Source: Candidatus Algichlamydia australiensis (GTDB lineage Bacteria; Chlamydiota; Chlamydiia; Chlamydiales; JAJFMI01). Taken from it: a DNA stretch of 64,000 nucleotides. The notes beneath the pieces are model-generated. The model ran no database searches. It worked only from the letters and a program-made list of their open reading frames with translations, and had not been told where the DNA came from. The stretch covers positions 224,001-288,000 of the forward strand of contig JAXCHI010000003.1 of the NCBI GenBank assembly GCA_033977065.1, in the 5' to 3' direction. A program made the translations under genes and the position numbers. Numbering within the stretch: the stretch's first letter is position 1; every line of letters starts with the position of its first letter. This document shows positions 55,134 to 64,000 of this stretch, piece by piece.

Positions 55134-57914
55134 ATGAGAAATTTTCTTCTCTTTTTTGTTATGCTATGGGCAGTCCTATTTTCTGCCGAGCCGCACCTTG
55201 GAAACGCCTCGTATGAAGAGAGGCTTTTAGCGCGCCGCATCGCGGAATTTTACAAAGATGGAGACTTTGATCTTGTAAAACTACAGATTCAAGACTTCTT
55301 CAAAGAGCACCCCAACTCCCCTTTAAAAGACAATCTCTACGGGCTTCTAGGCGATCTTTTCTTAAGCGAAGAAAAATATGAGAAAGCACTTGTGAACTAC
55401 AACGAAATCCAAAATCCGAAAATTTTGGAAATGACACTTCTAAACAAGCTGCAATGTTACTACGAGCTCTCTGACTACAAAAATATTATTAAAGAGGCGA
55501 CTCTTCTCATCTCAAAAAACCCAAAAGTTTTGGGCGAGCGTGAAAATGAGCTCTACTTTCTAATGGCTGAATCCCTCTACCGCGAAGCTCTGCAAGAGAG
55601 AGATGAAGGGCAAGCAAAACAACTCGCTTCGATGGCTGCTGGCTACTACGAAAAACTCTCTGACCATAGCTTTGGTGAGGTGCCTCTCTTCGCTTTGGCA
55701 GACATCTACACACTTCTTGGCAATAACATCAAAGCTGCAAAACTCTATTTGGAACTCGCCTCTGACTACCCTGCAATGAGAGAGGAGCTCTATTTCAGAG
55801 CCGCAGGCGCTGTTGCAGCAAACGACCCGCTAGAAGCAATCGACCTCTATGAACAAGTCATTGAGATGGAAGGAAAATTTGCTAAAGAGTCGAGTTTCAA
55901 CCAGCTTGTTCTCTACTTTCAACAGGAAAACTATCAGAAAGTTCTTGATGCCTACCCTGTTATTGAAACCACCATCCCAAAAGATCAAGTTGCCACTTTT
56001 GACTACATTTTGGCCAAAAGCTACTTCTCGTTGGGACAATTTGATGAGGCGATCTCTCCTGCGGAGTCTTTTTTAAGCCATGCTGATCAGGCAAGCCTTC
56101 AAGTAAAAAATAGCCTGCTTATTTTAATGACTTGCGCGCAGAAAAAAGAGGATCTCTCTCTGTTTCAAAACGCCTTAACACGTTTTGAGAAAGAATTTGC
56201 TGGGGATCCAGAACTTGGAAAAGCGCACTTCATGCATGCCATGCTCCTAAAGGATCAGGGAAATGAGAAAGAAGTTTTAACCATTCTCTCTGAGCTTTTA
56301 AATGAAAAGAGCTGCTCTTCAGAGCGCGAAAGCCTTCTCTTTGAGCACGGCTACCTCTCCCACAAGTTAGGACAGTACGAAGAGAGCCGCCAAAGCTTGC
56401 GTCGTTTCCTCATTGAGTTCGCCGGCACTGAACGTGAAAAGTCCGCATGGAAGCTCTTCCTTGCCAGCTCTCTTGAGTTGCAGCGTGGAGAGGGAGCGTA
56501 CACAAAAGAACTCTTTTACGACGACCTTGTTCGAGCACTTTCTCAAAAAGATCTCTTTGATCAAAGTGAGATCGCTGAGTACGAACTTCTTTTAGGAAAA
56601 ATCGCCTACGACTTAAACCGCTTCGCTCAAACCGAAGGCCTTCTTAAGAGTTATCTAGAAAAAATCACCGATCCAATGCAGCAGTCAGAAGCGCACTTTT
56701 TGCTTGCGCTTTGCTATGACAAGATTCAAGGAGAAACAGCGCAGTGCTGCTCTCATTTTGAAACCGTTCTCTCGCTCGATCCAGAATTTCGCGAGAAGAG
56801 CCTCGTCCACTTGCATCTTTACAACAGCTACCTGGAGATGAAAAACCAAGTTGGGAATGAGGGACAAGCAAAAGAGCTCACAGAAAAAGCAGCAAACCAC
56901 CTTTTTGCCGCGATTGAGACCGGTGATCACGAAGTGAAAAGGGAAAACCAGCTCTGGCTGGCAGACCACTACTTTGAAAAAGCGCGTCCCTATCTTGACA
57001 ATCTAGCCCTTCTCTCTGGAGAAGAGAAGAGCGACCTCTCTGCGATTGTAGAGAAGGCCCTCCCTCTTTATGAAAGAGCATTAACAAAAAACAACAGACT
57101 CATCTCCTTTGATGAGAAGAGTCTCTACTTGGAAGCACAAGCGCTTAAGTACGCAGAGCTTATGGGAGTACAAAACGAGCACAATAAAAAAATTGCTCTC
57201 CTTACTCACCTTGTTGAACAGCAAGACAACCACCCCAACTGGAGTTGGGACTACCAGAAAAAAGCGCTCTTTGAGTTGGCCAAAAGTTATGAAGAGAAGA
57301 GTGAACTTGAAAAGGCACTTGAGACTTATAGCTTTATTGCAAGACGTGAAGGAGCTGTAAGCTCTCCTCTTATTAATATTGCTGCCTATCATAGCGCAAA
57401 ATTGCGCTTTGCTCTTTTGCATCACTCACAAAAGAATGAGCATAACCCTGAAGTTCACGAGATTTTGACACAGCTCAAAGAGTTACAGATTCGGAAAAAT
57501 AGTGCTTCAGAACCGATTCACTTAGAAGCGGCACTTGAGTATGCGACTGTACGCGCAAATCTCACTCCCAAAGAGCGACGCGATGAGCGCTATCTCTTCT
57601 TCTTAGGCCGTATGGTTGAAGACTTTAATGAGAAAGAGGACATGCTCGCTCAAAGTTATCATGAAGAGTTGGCAAAGTCAGAAGAGAAGGGAGCCCTCTT
57701 CACCGCTTATATGAAATTTGTTGAAGCAGAGCGACTACGCATTGCAGCAAGAAAGAAGCAGAAAGAGAACAAACTCCTTGAAGCTGAAGAATTAAGTGAG
57801 CAAGCATTGGCCCTGCTTTTTGAAATTGAGAGTAATGATCTTGTAAAGGAGTACTTGCATCAACGCGTAATCCAGAGTATAGAGGCAATTAACGAGGCAG
57901 AGTCCTACTCATAA
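55134..57914 (+). CDS. Large exported TPR-repeat protein
   Basis: Signal peptide and many TPR-like repeats. Confidence 0.82.
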   Translation: MRNFLLFFVMLWAVLFSAEPHLGNASYEERLLARRIAEFYKDGDFDLVKLQIQDFFKEHPNSPLKDNLYGLLGDLFLSEEKYEKALVNYNEIQNPKILEMTLLNKLQCYYELSDYKNIIKEATLLISKNPKVLGERENELYFLMAESLYREALQERDEGQAKQLASMAAGYYEKLSDHSFGEVPLFALADIYTLLGNNIKAAKLYLELASDYPAMREELYFRAAGAVAANDPLEAIDLYEQVIEMEGKFAKESSFNQLVLYFQQENYQKVLDAYPVIETTIPKDQVATFDYILAKSYFSLGQFDEAISPAESFLSHADQASLQVKNSLLILMTCAQKKEDLSLFQNALTRFEKEFAGDPELGKAHFMHAMLLKDQGNEKEVLTILSELLNEKSCSSERESLLFEHGYLSHKLGQYEESRQSLRRFLIEFAGTEREKSAWKLFLASSLELQRGEGAYTKELFYDDLVRALSQKDLFDQSEIAEYELLLGKIAYDLNRFAQTEGLLKSYLEKITDPMQQSEAHFLLALCYDKIQGETAQCCSHFETVLSLDPEFREKSLVHLHLYNSYLEMKNQVGNEGQAKELTEKAANHLFAAIETGDHEVKRENQLWLADHYFEKARPYLDNLALLSGEEKSDLSAIVEKALPLYERALTKNNRLISFDEKSLYLEAQALKYAELMGVQNEHNKKIALLTHLVEQQDNHPNWSWDYQKKALFELAKSYEEKSELEKALETYSFIARREGAVSSPLINIAAYHSAKLRFALLHHSQKNEHNPEVHEILTQLKELQIRKNSASEPIHLEAALEYATVRANLTPKERRDERYLFFLGRMVEDFNEKEDMLAQSYHEELAKSEEKGALFTAYMKFVEAERLRIAARKKQKENKLLEAEELSEQALALLFEIESNDLVKEYLHQRVIQSIEAINEAESYS

Positions 57915-57919
57915 TAAAC

Positions 57920-60766
57920 ATGCACCGCAAGCTGGCAACGACTGTCTGGCTGGGACTTATCTGTCTCAGCCCTCCGAGCTATACAAATGAGCTCTTAGAT
58001 GAGCTCATCGCGTTGCTTCCTGCCCAAGAAGAGAAGAGCGATCAAGAGATTTTTCATCCCGACCTTCAAGCTAACCCTGAAGAGTCGAGTGAAAAACTCT
58101 TAATCTACCACCTTCAAGCAGAAGAAGTGGAAGAGAGGTTTTCCCTTCCTGCTGAAGAGCTTGCTCTTTTAAAAACCGCGCCAAAGAAAAAGCTCAAGCG
58201 CACCCCAGCAAATCTCATCGATGAACTCAACCCCAGTCTTACTCCCAAGAAGAGCAAAGATCGTTATGTTAAAGAGAAAAAGCCAACTGCTACTCTGGAA
58301 TCTTCTCAAAACAAGTGCTCGATAAATCCTAGCTTAACCTCTGAGAAGCCGGAAAACAGCAGTAATACCCAGGGCTTTGAGTGTCAAAAAGAGACACTAC
58401 CTCTTATCTCTCCTTTAAAAGCAGAAGCACGTATTCTCTCTGCAAAATTGGAAAAAGGAATCAACGCCTTCATGACAACCATGATGCCCCTTGTTCGAGT
58501 AGAAGTTGAGGCGTTGCGGCCCTCAATCTCTCCTGCTCAAGAGCGCCTTCCTCCAAATAAAAACTCACAAAAAGCCCTTCCCGCCCCCACACCATCAAAA
58601 CCCTTCTCCTCAAGAGCAACCCTTCCCTTAAATCACGAGACACCCCTCTCGCTCACCCCCAAAAAAACAAAAGAGCCCATCTCTCTCAATCGCTCCCTTC
58701 CCACCTTCGGCGCTGCTCTTGTAGAAACAGTTGCCCTTATCTCAGACCAAATTGTCTTAGAAAAAAAGTTCGCCCAAGCGGAAGCAGAAGCGGAAAAAGT
58801 ACGCCATGCAATTGTTCAGACTCAAATCACAACCTCCCTCTCTCCTACCAGCTCGGCACTTCTTGGATTAACAAAAGAGCCTAGTTCTCCAAAAGGGAAG
58901 ACGATACTCACTCCCCTTACAAAAAAACAGCATTTCGCTTTCTCCTCAGCAAACCATCTTGCTGAGCTTGAGTTGCCCGAAAAAATCAGGGAAATCGGAT
59001 CTGATTTTATAAACTTTGCAAAAAAAGCTCCCCAAAGAAAAGAGAAGTTAGTCGCACCTACTGAACTCACCTCGATTTTAGTATCAGCCGAATCCAGTAA
59101 AGCAGCCCCCTTTATTTTAAAAGAGCAATTGCTTCTTCAACAAAGACCGCGAGAACTTCGCCAAGTAAAAATTCCAACTCCCAAACTTAGTTTAGCCTTA
59201 GTGCAGCAGCTGCCTGAAACAGAAGTACATGAGCCCATTACCCTGCATATTTTGCAGCCCAAAAGTGAAAAGCAAGATGTTCATTTTGAAGTAGAGAGTC
59301 GAGCACCCGCGATTGCCCAAACGGCAAAACAACCCTTTCACTTTGAAAAAAATGACGGCACCACCATTATCACAAGCTTCAATGAGCTGGAGCCAAAAAC
59401 CCTAACAAAAATAGCTACTTCTCTTGCTGATGTGATCCTCGCTATGCCCATTGAAATGGAGAGCGAAGAGAAGGACCCTCTTCAGGCCACATCAACAAGT
59501 GCAGCTGAAGAGCCGACCTGGACAACAAACATTACAATGGCCCTTTCGAAAGCCTCCGTTCCTCTTCTCGCCTCAAAACCATTAATTGAAAAAGAGCGCC
59601 TTCAAGCAGGAAACCTCCTCTTTGCAGAAGAGAAACTCCGCGACCGCAGCTCACATGAGCGCCACATGAGCGCCAACCGCCTCTACCGAAAATCAAGTAG
59701 TCTTGATATCGAAGGTTCAAATGATGAGATGGTAAAAATTGATAGCCCCTTCGACCCTTACGTAGAGTATGCGTCTGATGGCAGAGGAGGCTACTATTTT
59801 GGTATTGAGCTCCACCTTCTTAAGGATTTTGAACTCCCCTCGCAAAAACAGAACTTTCACTTCATGATCGATCGCTCCAAAGCGACCGATCGTGTGCAAT
59901 ATGAAGCCTACAAACAGGGCGTTCTCAAAGCACTTACCTATCTTAAAAAAGGCGATACCTTTAACATCTACATCTTTGATTCGCGCAACAAACAACTCTC
60001 TCCCATCCCCCTACCTGTTAGCAAGCAGACCATAGCCAAAGCGCGCAGCTTCCTCACTGATGAGAAACACGGCATCCTCTTTCGCTCTGCAAAAATGTAC
60101 AACTTGATTGAGGAGATGGTCGCAAAAGTACAAGACGAGACCCTTCTTACAAACATCGTCTTTATGGCAGGGCCCAAAACCCTTTCCGACTTGCGCACAA
60201 AGCGACTAGATGTACAGCATCTTCTTAAAACGAATAGCCAACACGCCAATCTTTTCTTCATCACCTCCTGTGATAAAGAAAATTTCTCTATGATGCAACT
60301 CCTTGCCACCATGAATCGCGGCCAAGCGATCTACTCGCCAACAAACACCAGTATCCCACGCAAAATTGCCAACCTTGTTCACCGCATCTCCAAACCAATC
60401 GGACGTGAAATGCACGTGCTCACACGCAGCGACAACGCACAAATTGACCTCTACTCCTCCACCAAACTCAATCGCGCCCATCTCTACAAAAATAACGCCT
60501 TTAAAATTTATGGACGCACAGACCAACTCGAAGACTTTGAGATCATCCTGCAAGGAAAAGGAGAAGAAAACTGGCTCCACATGACCCAGCCCATCAAACT
60601 GAAAAAAGCGCTCCGTGTTGGCCGCTCACTGCGCAAAACACTTGCCGGTCTGCAGGTCCTTCCCCTCTACAAACGCTATATCGATGAAGGCATCCCCGAA
60701 CACCTCTGGGAAGCAACAAAAATCACCGCACAGCACAACATTGAACAACCCTACTCATGGGATTAA
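57920..60766 (+). CDS. Exported protein with low-complexity N-half and C-terminal vWA-like domain
   Basis: FHFMIDRS...LKKGDTFNIYIFD, LATMNRG vWA pattern. Confidence 0.7.
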   Translation: MHRKLATTVWLGLICLSPPSYTNELLDELIALLPAQEEKSDQEIFHPDLQANPEESSEKLLIYHLQAEEVEERFSLPAEELALLKTAPKKKLKRTPANLIDELNPSLTPKKSKDRYVKEKKPTATLESSQNKCSINPSLTSEKPENSSNTQGFECQKETLPLISPLKAEARILSAKLEKGINAFMTTMMPLVRVEVEALRPSISPAQERLPPNKNSQKALPAPTPSKPFSSRATLPLNHETPLSLTPKKTKEPISLNRSLPTFGAALVETVALISDQIVLEKKFAQAEAEAEKVRHAIVQTQITTSLSPTSSALLGLTKEPSSPKGKTILTPLTKKQHFAFSSANHLAELELPEKIREIGSDFINFAKKAPQRKEKLVAPTELTSILVSAESSKAAPFILKEQLLLQQRPRELRQVKIPTPKLSLALVQQLPETEVHEPITLHILQPKSEKQDVHFEVESRAPAIAQTAKQPFHFEKNDGTTIITSFNELEPKTLTKIATSLADVILAMPIEMESEEKDPLQATSTSAAEEPTWTTNITMALSKASVPLLASKPLIEKERLQAGNLLFAEEKLRDRSSHERHMSANRLYRKSSSLDIEGSNDEMVKIDSPFDPYVEYASDGRGGYYFGIELHLLKDFELPSQKQNFHFMIDRSKATDRVQYEAYKQGVLKALTYLKKGDTFNIYIFDSRNKQLSPIPLPVSKQTIAKARSFLTDEKHGILFRSAKMYNLIEEMVAKVQDETLLTNIVFMAGPKTLSDLRTKRLDVQHLLKTNSQHANLFFITSCDKENFSMMQLLATMNRGQAIYSPTNTSIPRKIANLVHRISKPIGREMHVLTRSDNAQIDLYSSTKLNRAHLYKNNAFKIYGRTDQLEDFEIILQGKGEENWLHMTQPIKLKKALRVGRSLRKTLAGLQVLPLYKRYIDEGIPEHLWEATKITAQHNIEQPYSWD

Positions 60767-61317
60767 TTAAAATCTTAAGCGGCACACTCCGCGGTCAATC
60801 GATTCGCACTCCTAAAGGCGAATCTACGCGCCCCACCACCCAACTTGTACGCGGCGCCCTCTTTGATATCTGTCAAAATCGCATCCAAGACGCGCACCTA
60901 CTCGACCTCTTTGCTGGCAGCGGAGCGATCGGCATCGAAGCCCTCTCCCGTGGAGCCGCCCACATCACCCTGATTGAAAACAACCGTACCGCTTTTCAGA
61001 CCCTTAAAAGCAACATTGCAACACTCGCCCTTCAAGACCAAACCGAGCTCTACCTTGGAGACGCTTTTAAGCTCATCTCACGCGTTAAAAGACCCTTTGA
61101 CATCATCTATATCGACCCGCCTTATAAAATGAAAAAGGAGCTCTACTTAGAGCTCCTACAGAAACTAGACAAACCACTTTTTCAAAACAGCTGGATCTTT
61201 ATTGAAGAGAATCAAAACCTAGAAAAAGAATTTCAAGATCTCAAGCTTACCCACTTTGCCTGGAAGCGCGTCAAAAGCTACGGCGACACCCATCTCCACC
61301 AGTTTCAAAATGGATAG
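60757..61317 (+). CDS. rsmD: 16S rRNA m2G966 methyltransferase
   Basis: TRPT, LDLFAGSGAIGIEALSRGA, DPPY. Confidence 0.95.
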   Translation: MGLIKILSGTLRGQSIRTPKGESTRPTTQLVRGALFDICQNRIQDAHLLDLFAGSGAIGIEALSRGAAHITLIENNRTAFQTLKSNIATLALQDQTELYLGDAFKLISRVKRPFDIIYIDPPYKMKKELYLELLQKLDKPLFQNSWIFIEENQNLEKEFQDLKLTHFAWKRVKSYGDTHLHQFQNG

Positions 61318-61321
61318 CTGT

Positions 61322-61723
61322 CTATTTTGAAGTAGCAACCTCTGGAGAGGGGGACAACTCTTCAATTCTTGCTCTAAGCTTTGGTGCTAACTCTGCTCGT
61401 TTTGCCGAATCATCTCTTGCTCGGTTCACGTGAACAGCTAGCTGGGATAATTCTCTATCAAGTGCTTTTTTTTGTGCACGATTTGGTGCATTTTTTATTG
61501 CTGCTTTTAATTTTCGGACTAGCTCCTCCTTTAATCCCATTAATTGATCTCGTGATACTGATTGAGTTTGTACCCTTTCAGGAGCGATGGAGTCTGCCTG
61601 CGCTTGAGGCTGCTGACCAACTACTGCAGCTACTGACGACGGCATATTTGGTGCCGCGTCAGCAGGAGGAAGAGCAAAACTGGAAGATTCATGTTTGAAA
61701 TTTGTTTCATCTACTTTCGCCAT
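61322..61723 (-). CDS. Hypothetical protein (disordered N-half, helical C-half)
   Basis: 133 aa, AAGGA SD. Confidence 0.6.
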   Translation of the reverse strand: MAKVDETNFKHESSSFALPPADAAPNMPSSVAAVVGQQPQAQADSIAPERVQTQSVSRDQLMGLKEELVRKLKAAIKNAPNRAQKKALDRELSQLAVHVNRARDDSAKRAELAPKLRARIEELSPSPEVATSK

Positions 61724-61759
61724 AATAATTTCCTTTTTTAATATTTTAAATTTAATGAA

Positions 61760-62350
61760 TTATAATACAACACCTACAGCCTGCATGCGCTCTTGCCAAG
61801 TAGAGAGTTGCGTAATCTCCTCTTCAAGAAACCGGATTAGAGCCTCTTCCATCTTAGTGTAAACGCGAAACTGTTCTGGTGTATCAACTCCTCTTATCTG
61901 TTGTAATGAGCTCTGCAACGCCTCTTTCACTTCTCGATCACTTCCTGGATTCTTTCCTAGAAGTTTAAAAAATAGCTTTGTAATAAAACCTTTTATCCCT
62001 CTTACATGATAAACATTAAGGTATTTGTCGATTTTAAGGCTTTTGTCTTTCTTGAGCCTTTTCATCTTTTTAAACAGAGAATTCACCTGCTTGTCTAGGA
62101 TGCGCTCTAACTTGAAAACCTTCTGATTCGCAACCATAAACGTCTCATAATCTGTTCCATTCTTAAAAGTTACAACCGGAGACAAATAATCATAAAGCAT
62201 AGGGAGTTTGTCCGGTCTTTGCTGCAGAAGTTCCTGAGCTCTTATAAGCAACCCTTCATAACGCGATTCACATCTCTTCAAATTTTCTGCGATTCTATTA
62301 GTATCCAGCTGCTGAAGCTCTTCCCAAGTAATAGTGTTTAGACAGACCAT
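61760..62350 (-). CDS. Hypothetical helical protein
   Basis: 196-aa ORF following AT-rich spacer. Confidence 0.6.
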   Translation of the reverse strand: MVCLNTITWEELQQLDTNRIAENLKRCESRYEGLLIRAQELLQQRPDKLPMLYDYLSPVVTFKNGTDYETFMVANQKVFKLERILDKQVNSLFKKMKRLKKDKSLKIDKYLNVYHVRGIKGFITKLFFKLLGKNPGSDREVKEALQSSLQQIRGVDTPEQFRVYTKMEEALIRFLEEEITQLSTWQERMQAVGVVL

Positions 62351-62441
62351 ATCTATTTATTAAATTATTAATTATATATTTATTATACATTAATAATTTT
62401 TAAATGTATATAAATTGATTTAACAATTGACAATTAGATAC

Positions 62442-63818
62442 TTAAGAATGATCACTGAAAAGGAAAAAGAGGAATAGAGGGTCAGCAAAAGTATACTCAA
62501 TGCCATTTAGCTCTAGGGAACCGCGCTTATAAAGGTCTTTTATCTCACTCAAAACCAGGGGGATAACCCCCTCAACACCTTCAGATGGATCTACAGGAAT
62601 AGTATCATCAAATTCACCAACTTTAGCCAAATAAACGGGGTAAGTCTCTAAGGTAGAAATATCTAGACCCGTATGGGAAAGTCCTAGATACTGAATAGAG
62701 TGAATAGGCCTGCGCAGCTCTTCTTCAGCCTCACGAGCAGCGCATTCAGCAAAACTTTCTCCCAGCTCCCTAGCTCCTTTGGCACACTCGGCCTCATACT
62801 CATGTGTAGAGACGCGATAGATTCCTAAGAAAAGAAATTTTCCCTCTTTATCTTGAGCAACAATAGCTGCTCCGGGGTGATTTTGCATCTTAAGAATAGG
62901 TGTTTGAATGATCTCATTTTTTAATCCCAAACTTCCGTCAGCAAAACGCATCGGAAAACGCACCCAAGTCAACCTTGGATCCTGATAAATCACACCTGCG
63001 CGGTAATCTTCTTGCTGGATATTTGCTTCGCCAAATTCTTGAATGAAGCGCTCTCTCTCATAGCTCTCAGCAAGAAGAATCTCTTCTGGATCGCGCAGCA
63101 AATGCCCGTTTTCTGGATCAAAAAGTTTTGGATGCAAATTAAGAAATTCAATGTATGTCTCGATACGCCCATCATCTTCCAAAATTGCTTTTGGCATTAG
63201 CACCGAAGGTTTTTTAAAAGTAATCTCAAAAGTATCACCCCCATCTCCAATCGCTTCCTGCAACAGTCCTAAATAGATACTGGCATCCTTGCAGATCACT
63301 CCCTCAAACTTTTGTTCCCTTGCCAATTTACGCAGTAACCCGGGAGAAACCTTCAAATAACCAATCGCATCTTTGGGAAGAGGTGGCAAATCCTCTACCC
63401 CACAAATGTCCTTGCGATAGCAGGGACGTGTACCATTAAGCATCCCTGTTTCTAAATGTAAATTACCGAGAAACTCATCACCCACTTCCTTTGAAAGAGG
63501 TGCCCGCACAGCCCTCTCTCCCGTGAACTCTTGAATAAGCGTGAGATAAACATTCCCTTGCTCATCAACTGGAATTAAACTGCAATACTGCCGCTTTAAA
63601 AGGATGCGTTTATAGAGACCGTAGACCCCATTTTCAAAATCGACAGGGTCGTAAACAATTTGCATGTAAGGATCTTCAGCACGCACACCAACTCTGGAGT
63701 AAGCATCTGCCTGCTCAAAACCTCTTTTTTGCCAAAACTGGTATTCCGCCTGTTCAGCTTTAACAATTTCAGCTGGTTCAGTTAACAAAGTAAGAGCTAA
63801 AAAAGCGAACAATTGCAA
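62442..63818 (-). CDS. Nudix hydrolase with duplicated architecture and N-terminal hydrophobic leader
   Basis: Nudix box GARELGESFAECAAREAEEELR; N-half repeats the RxGV..xDP and ..(D/Q)xxG..xL motifs. Confidence 0.75.
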   Translation of the reverse strand: MQLFAFLALTLLTEPAEIVKAEQAEYQFWQKRGFEQADAYSRVGVRAEDPYMQIVYDPVDFENGVYGLYKRILLKRQYCSLIPVDEQGNVYLTLIQEFTGERAVRAPLSKEVGDEFLGNLHLETGMLNGTRPCYRKDICGVEDLPPLPKDAIGYLKVSPGLLRKLAREQKFEGVICKDASIYLGLLQEAIGDGGDTFEITFKKPSVLMPKAILEDDGRIETYIEFLNLHPKLFDPENGHLLRDPEEILLAESYERERFIQEFGEANIQQEDYRAGVIYQDPRLTWVRFPMRFADGSLGLKNEIIQTPILKMQNHPGAAIVAQDKEGKFLFLGIYRVSTHEYEAECAKGARELGESFAECAAREAEEELRRPIHSIQYLGLSHTGLDISTLETYPVYLAKVGEFDDTIPVDPSEGVEGVIPLVLSEIKDLYKRGSLELNGIEYTFADPLFLFFLFSDHS

Positions 63819-63845
63819 ATCCTTGCCGCGTTAAGCGGCATAGCG

Positions 63846-63944
63846 GGTTCTTATCGCAAAGCAAAATTGAAAAACGGCCGCCACGACAGTATAGATAATA
63901 CGGCGTGGCGGCCGTTTTTTGATTTGGCGCAGCGAGAAGGAGCC
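63846..63944. repeat. Long GC-cored imperfect palindrome
   Basis: Perfect 16-bp arms AAAAACGGCCGCCACG/CGTGGCGGCCGTTTTT, extended by imperfect pairing to ~100 bp. Confidence 0.7.
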
Positions 63945-64000
63945 GAAAATAAAAAACTATCCCAGCTTCTTCCCAGCACGAAACTCTGTTTCAATACACA

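Overview
Chromosomal window of an environmental Chlamydiota bacterium, probably Parachlamydiales. This is inferred from chlamydial gene order: Zn-ribbon-lpdA-lipA, glgC with a phosphoesterase, pepP-mutL, dnaB-mnmG-lplA, sdhCAB-tatD-tol-pal-LysM. Housekeeping blocks are interleaved with accessory material: (1) a two-partner-secretion/FHA-type gene cut by the left edge; (2) a Phd-RelE plus AbiEi/nucleotidyltransferase toxin-antitoxin island whose two operons share an operator-like palindrome; (3) tRNA-Ser(GCT) followed by 4.5 copies of a 170-171 bp repeat built from the tRNA's own T-arm and 3' end; (4) a 7-gene operon of T3SS translocator/tip-like proteins, preceded by a 180-nt RNA with 6S architecture; (5) a 2705-bp insert bracketed by two diverged copies of the sdhB 3' end, carrying an IS3 relic, a stand-alone LanM-type dehydratase domain (no cyclase) and a small partner ORF; (6) an Inc-like protein with host trafficking motifs; (7) at least four families of ~100-165 bp palindromic MITE-like repeats, some stacked or nested. 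Best candidates for undescribed biology are the cyclase-less LanM-type kinase/eliminase module, the expanded translocon-like operon, the putative 6S RNA and the tRNA-linked array. All family calls come from reading motifs by eye; no database searches or folding programs were run.
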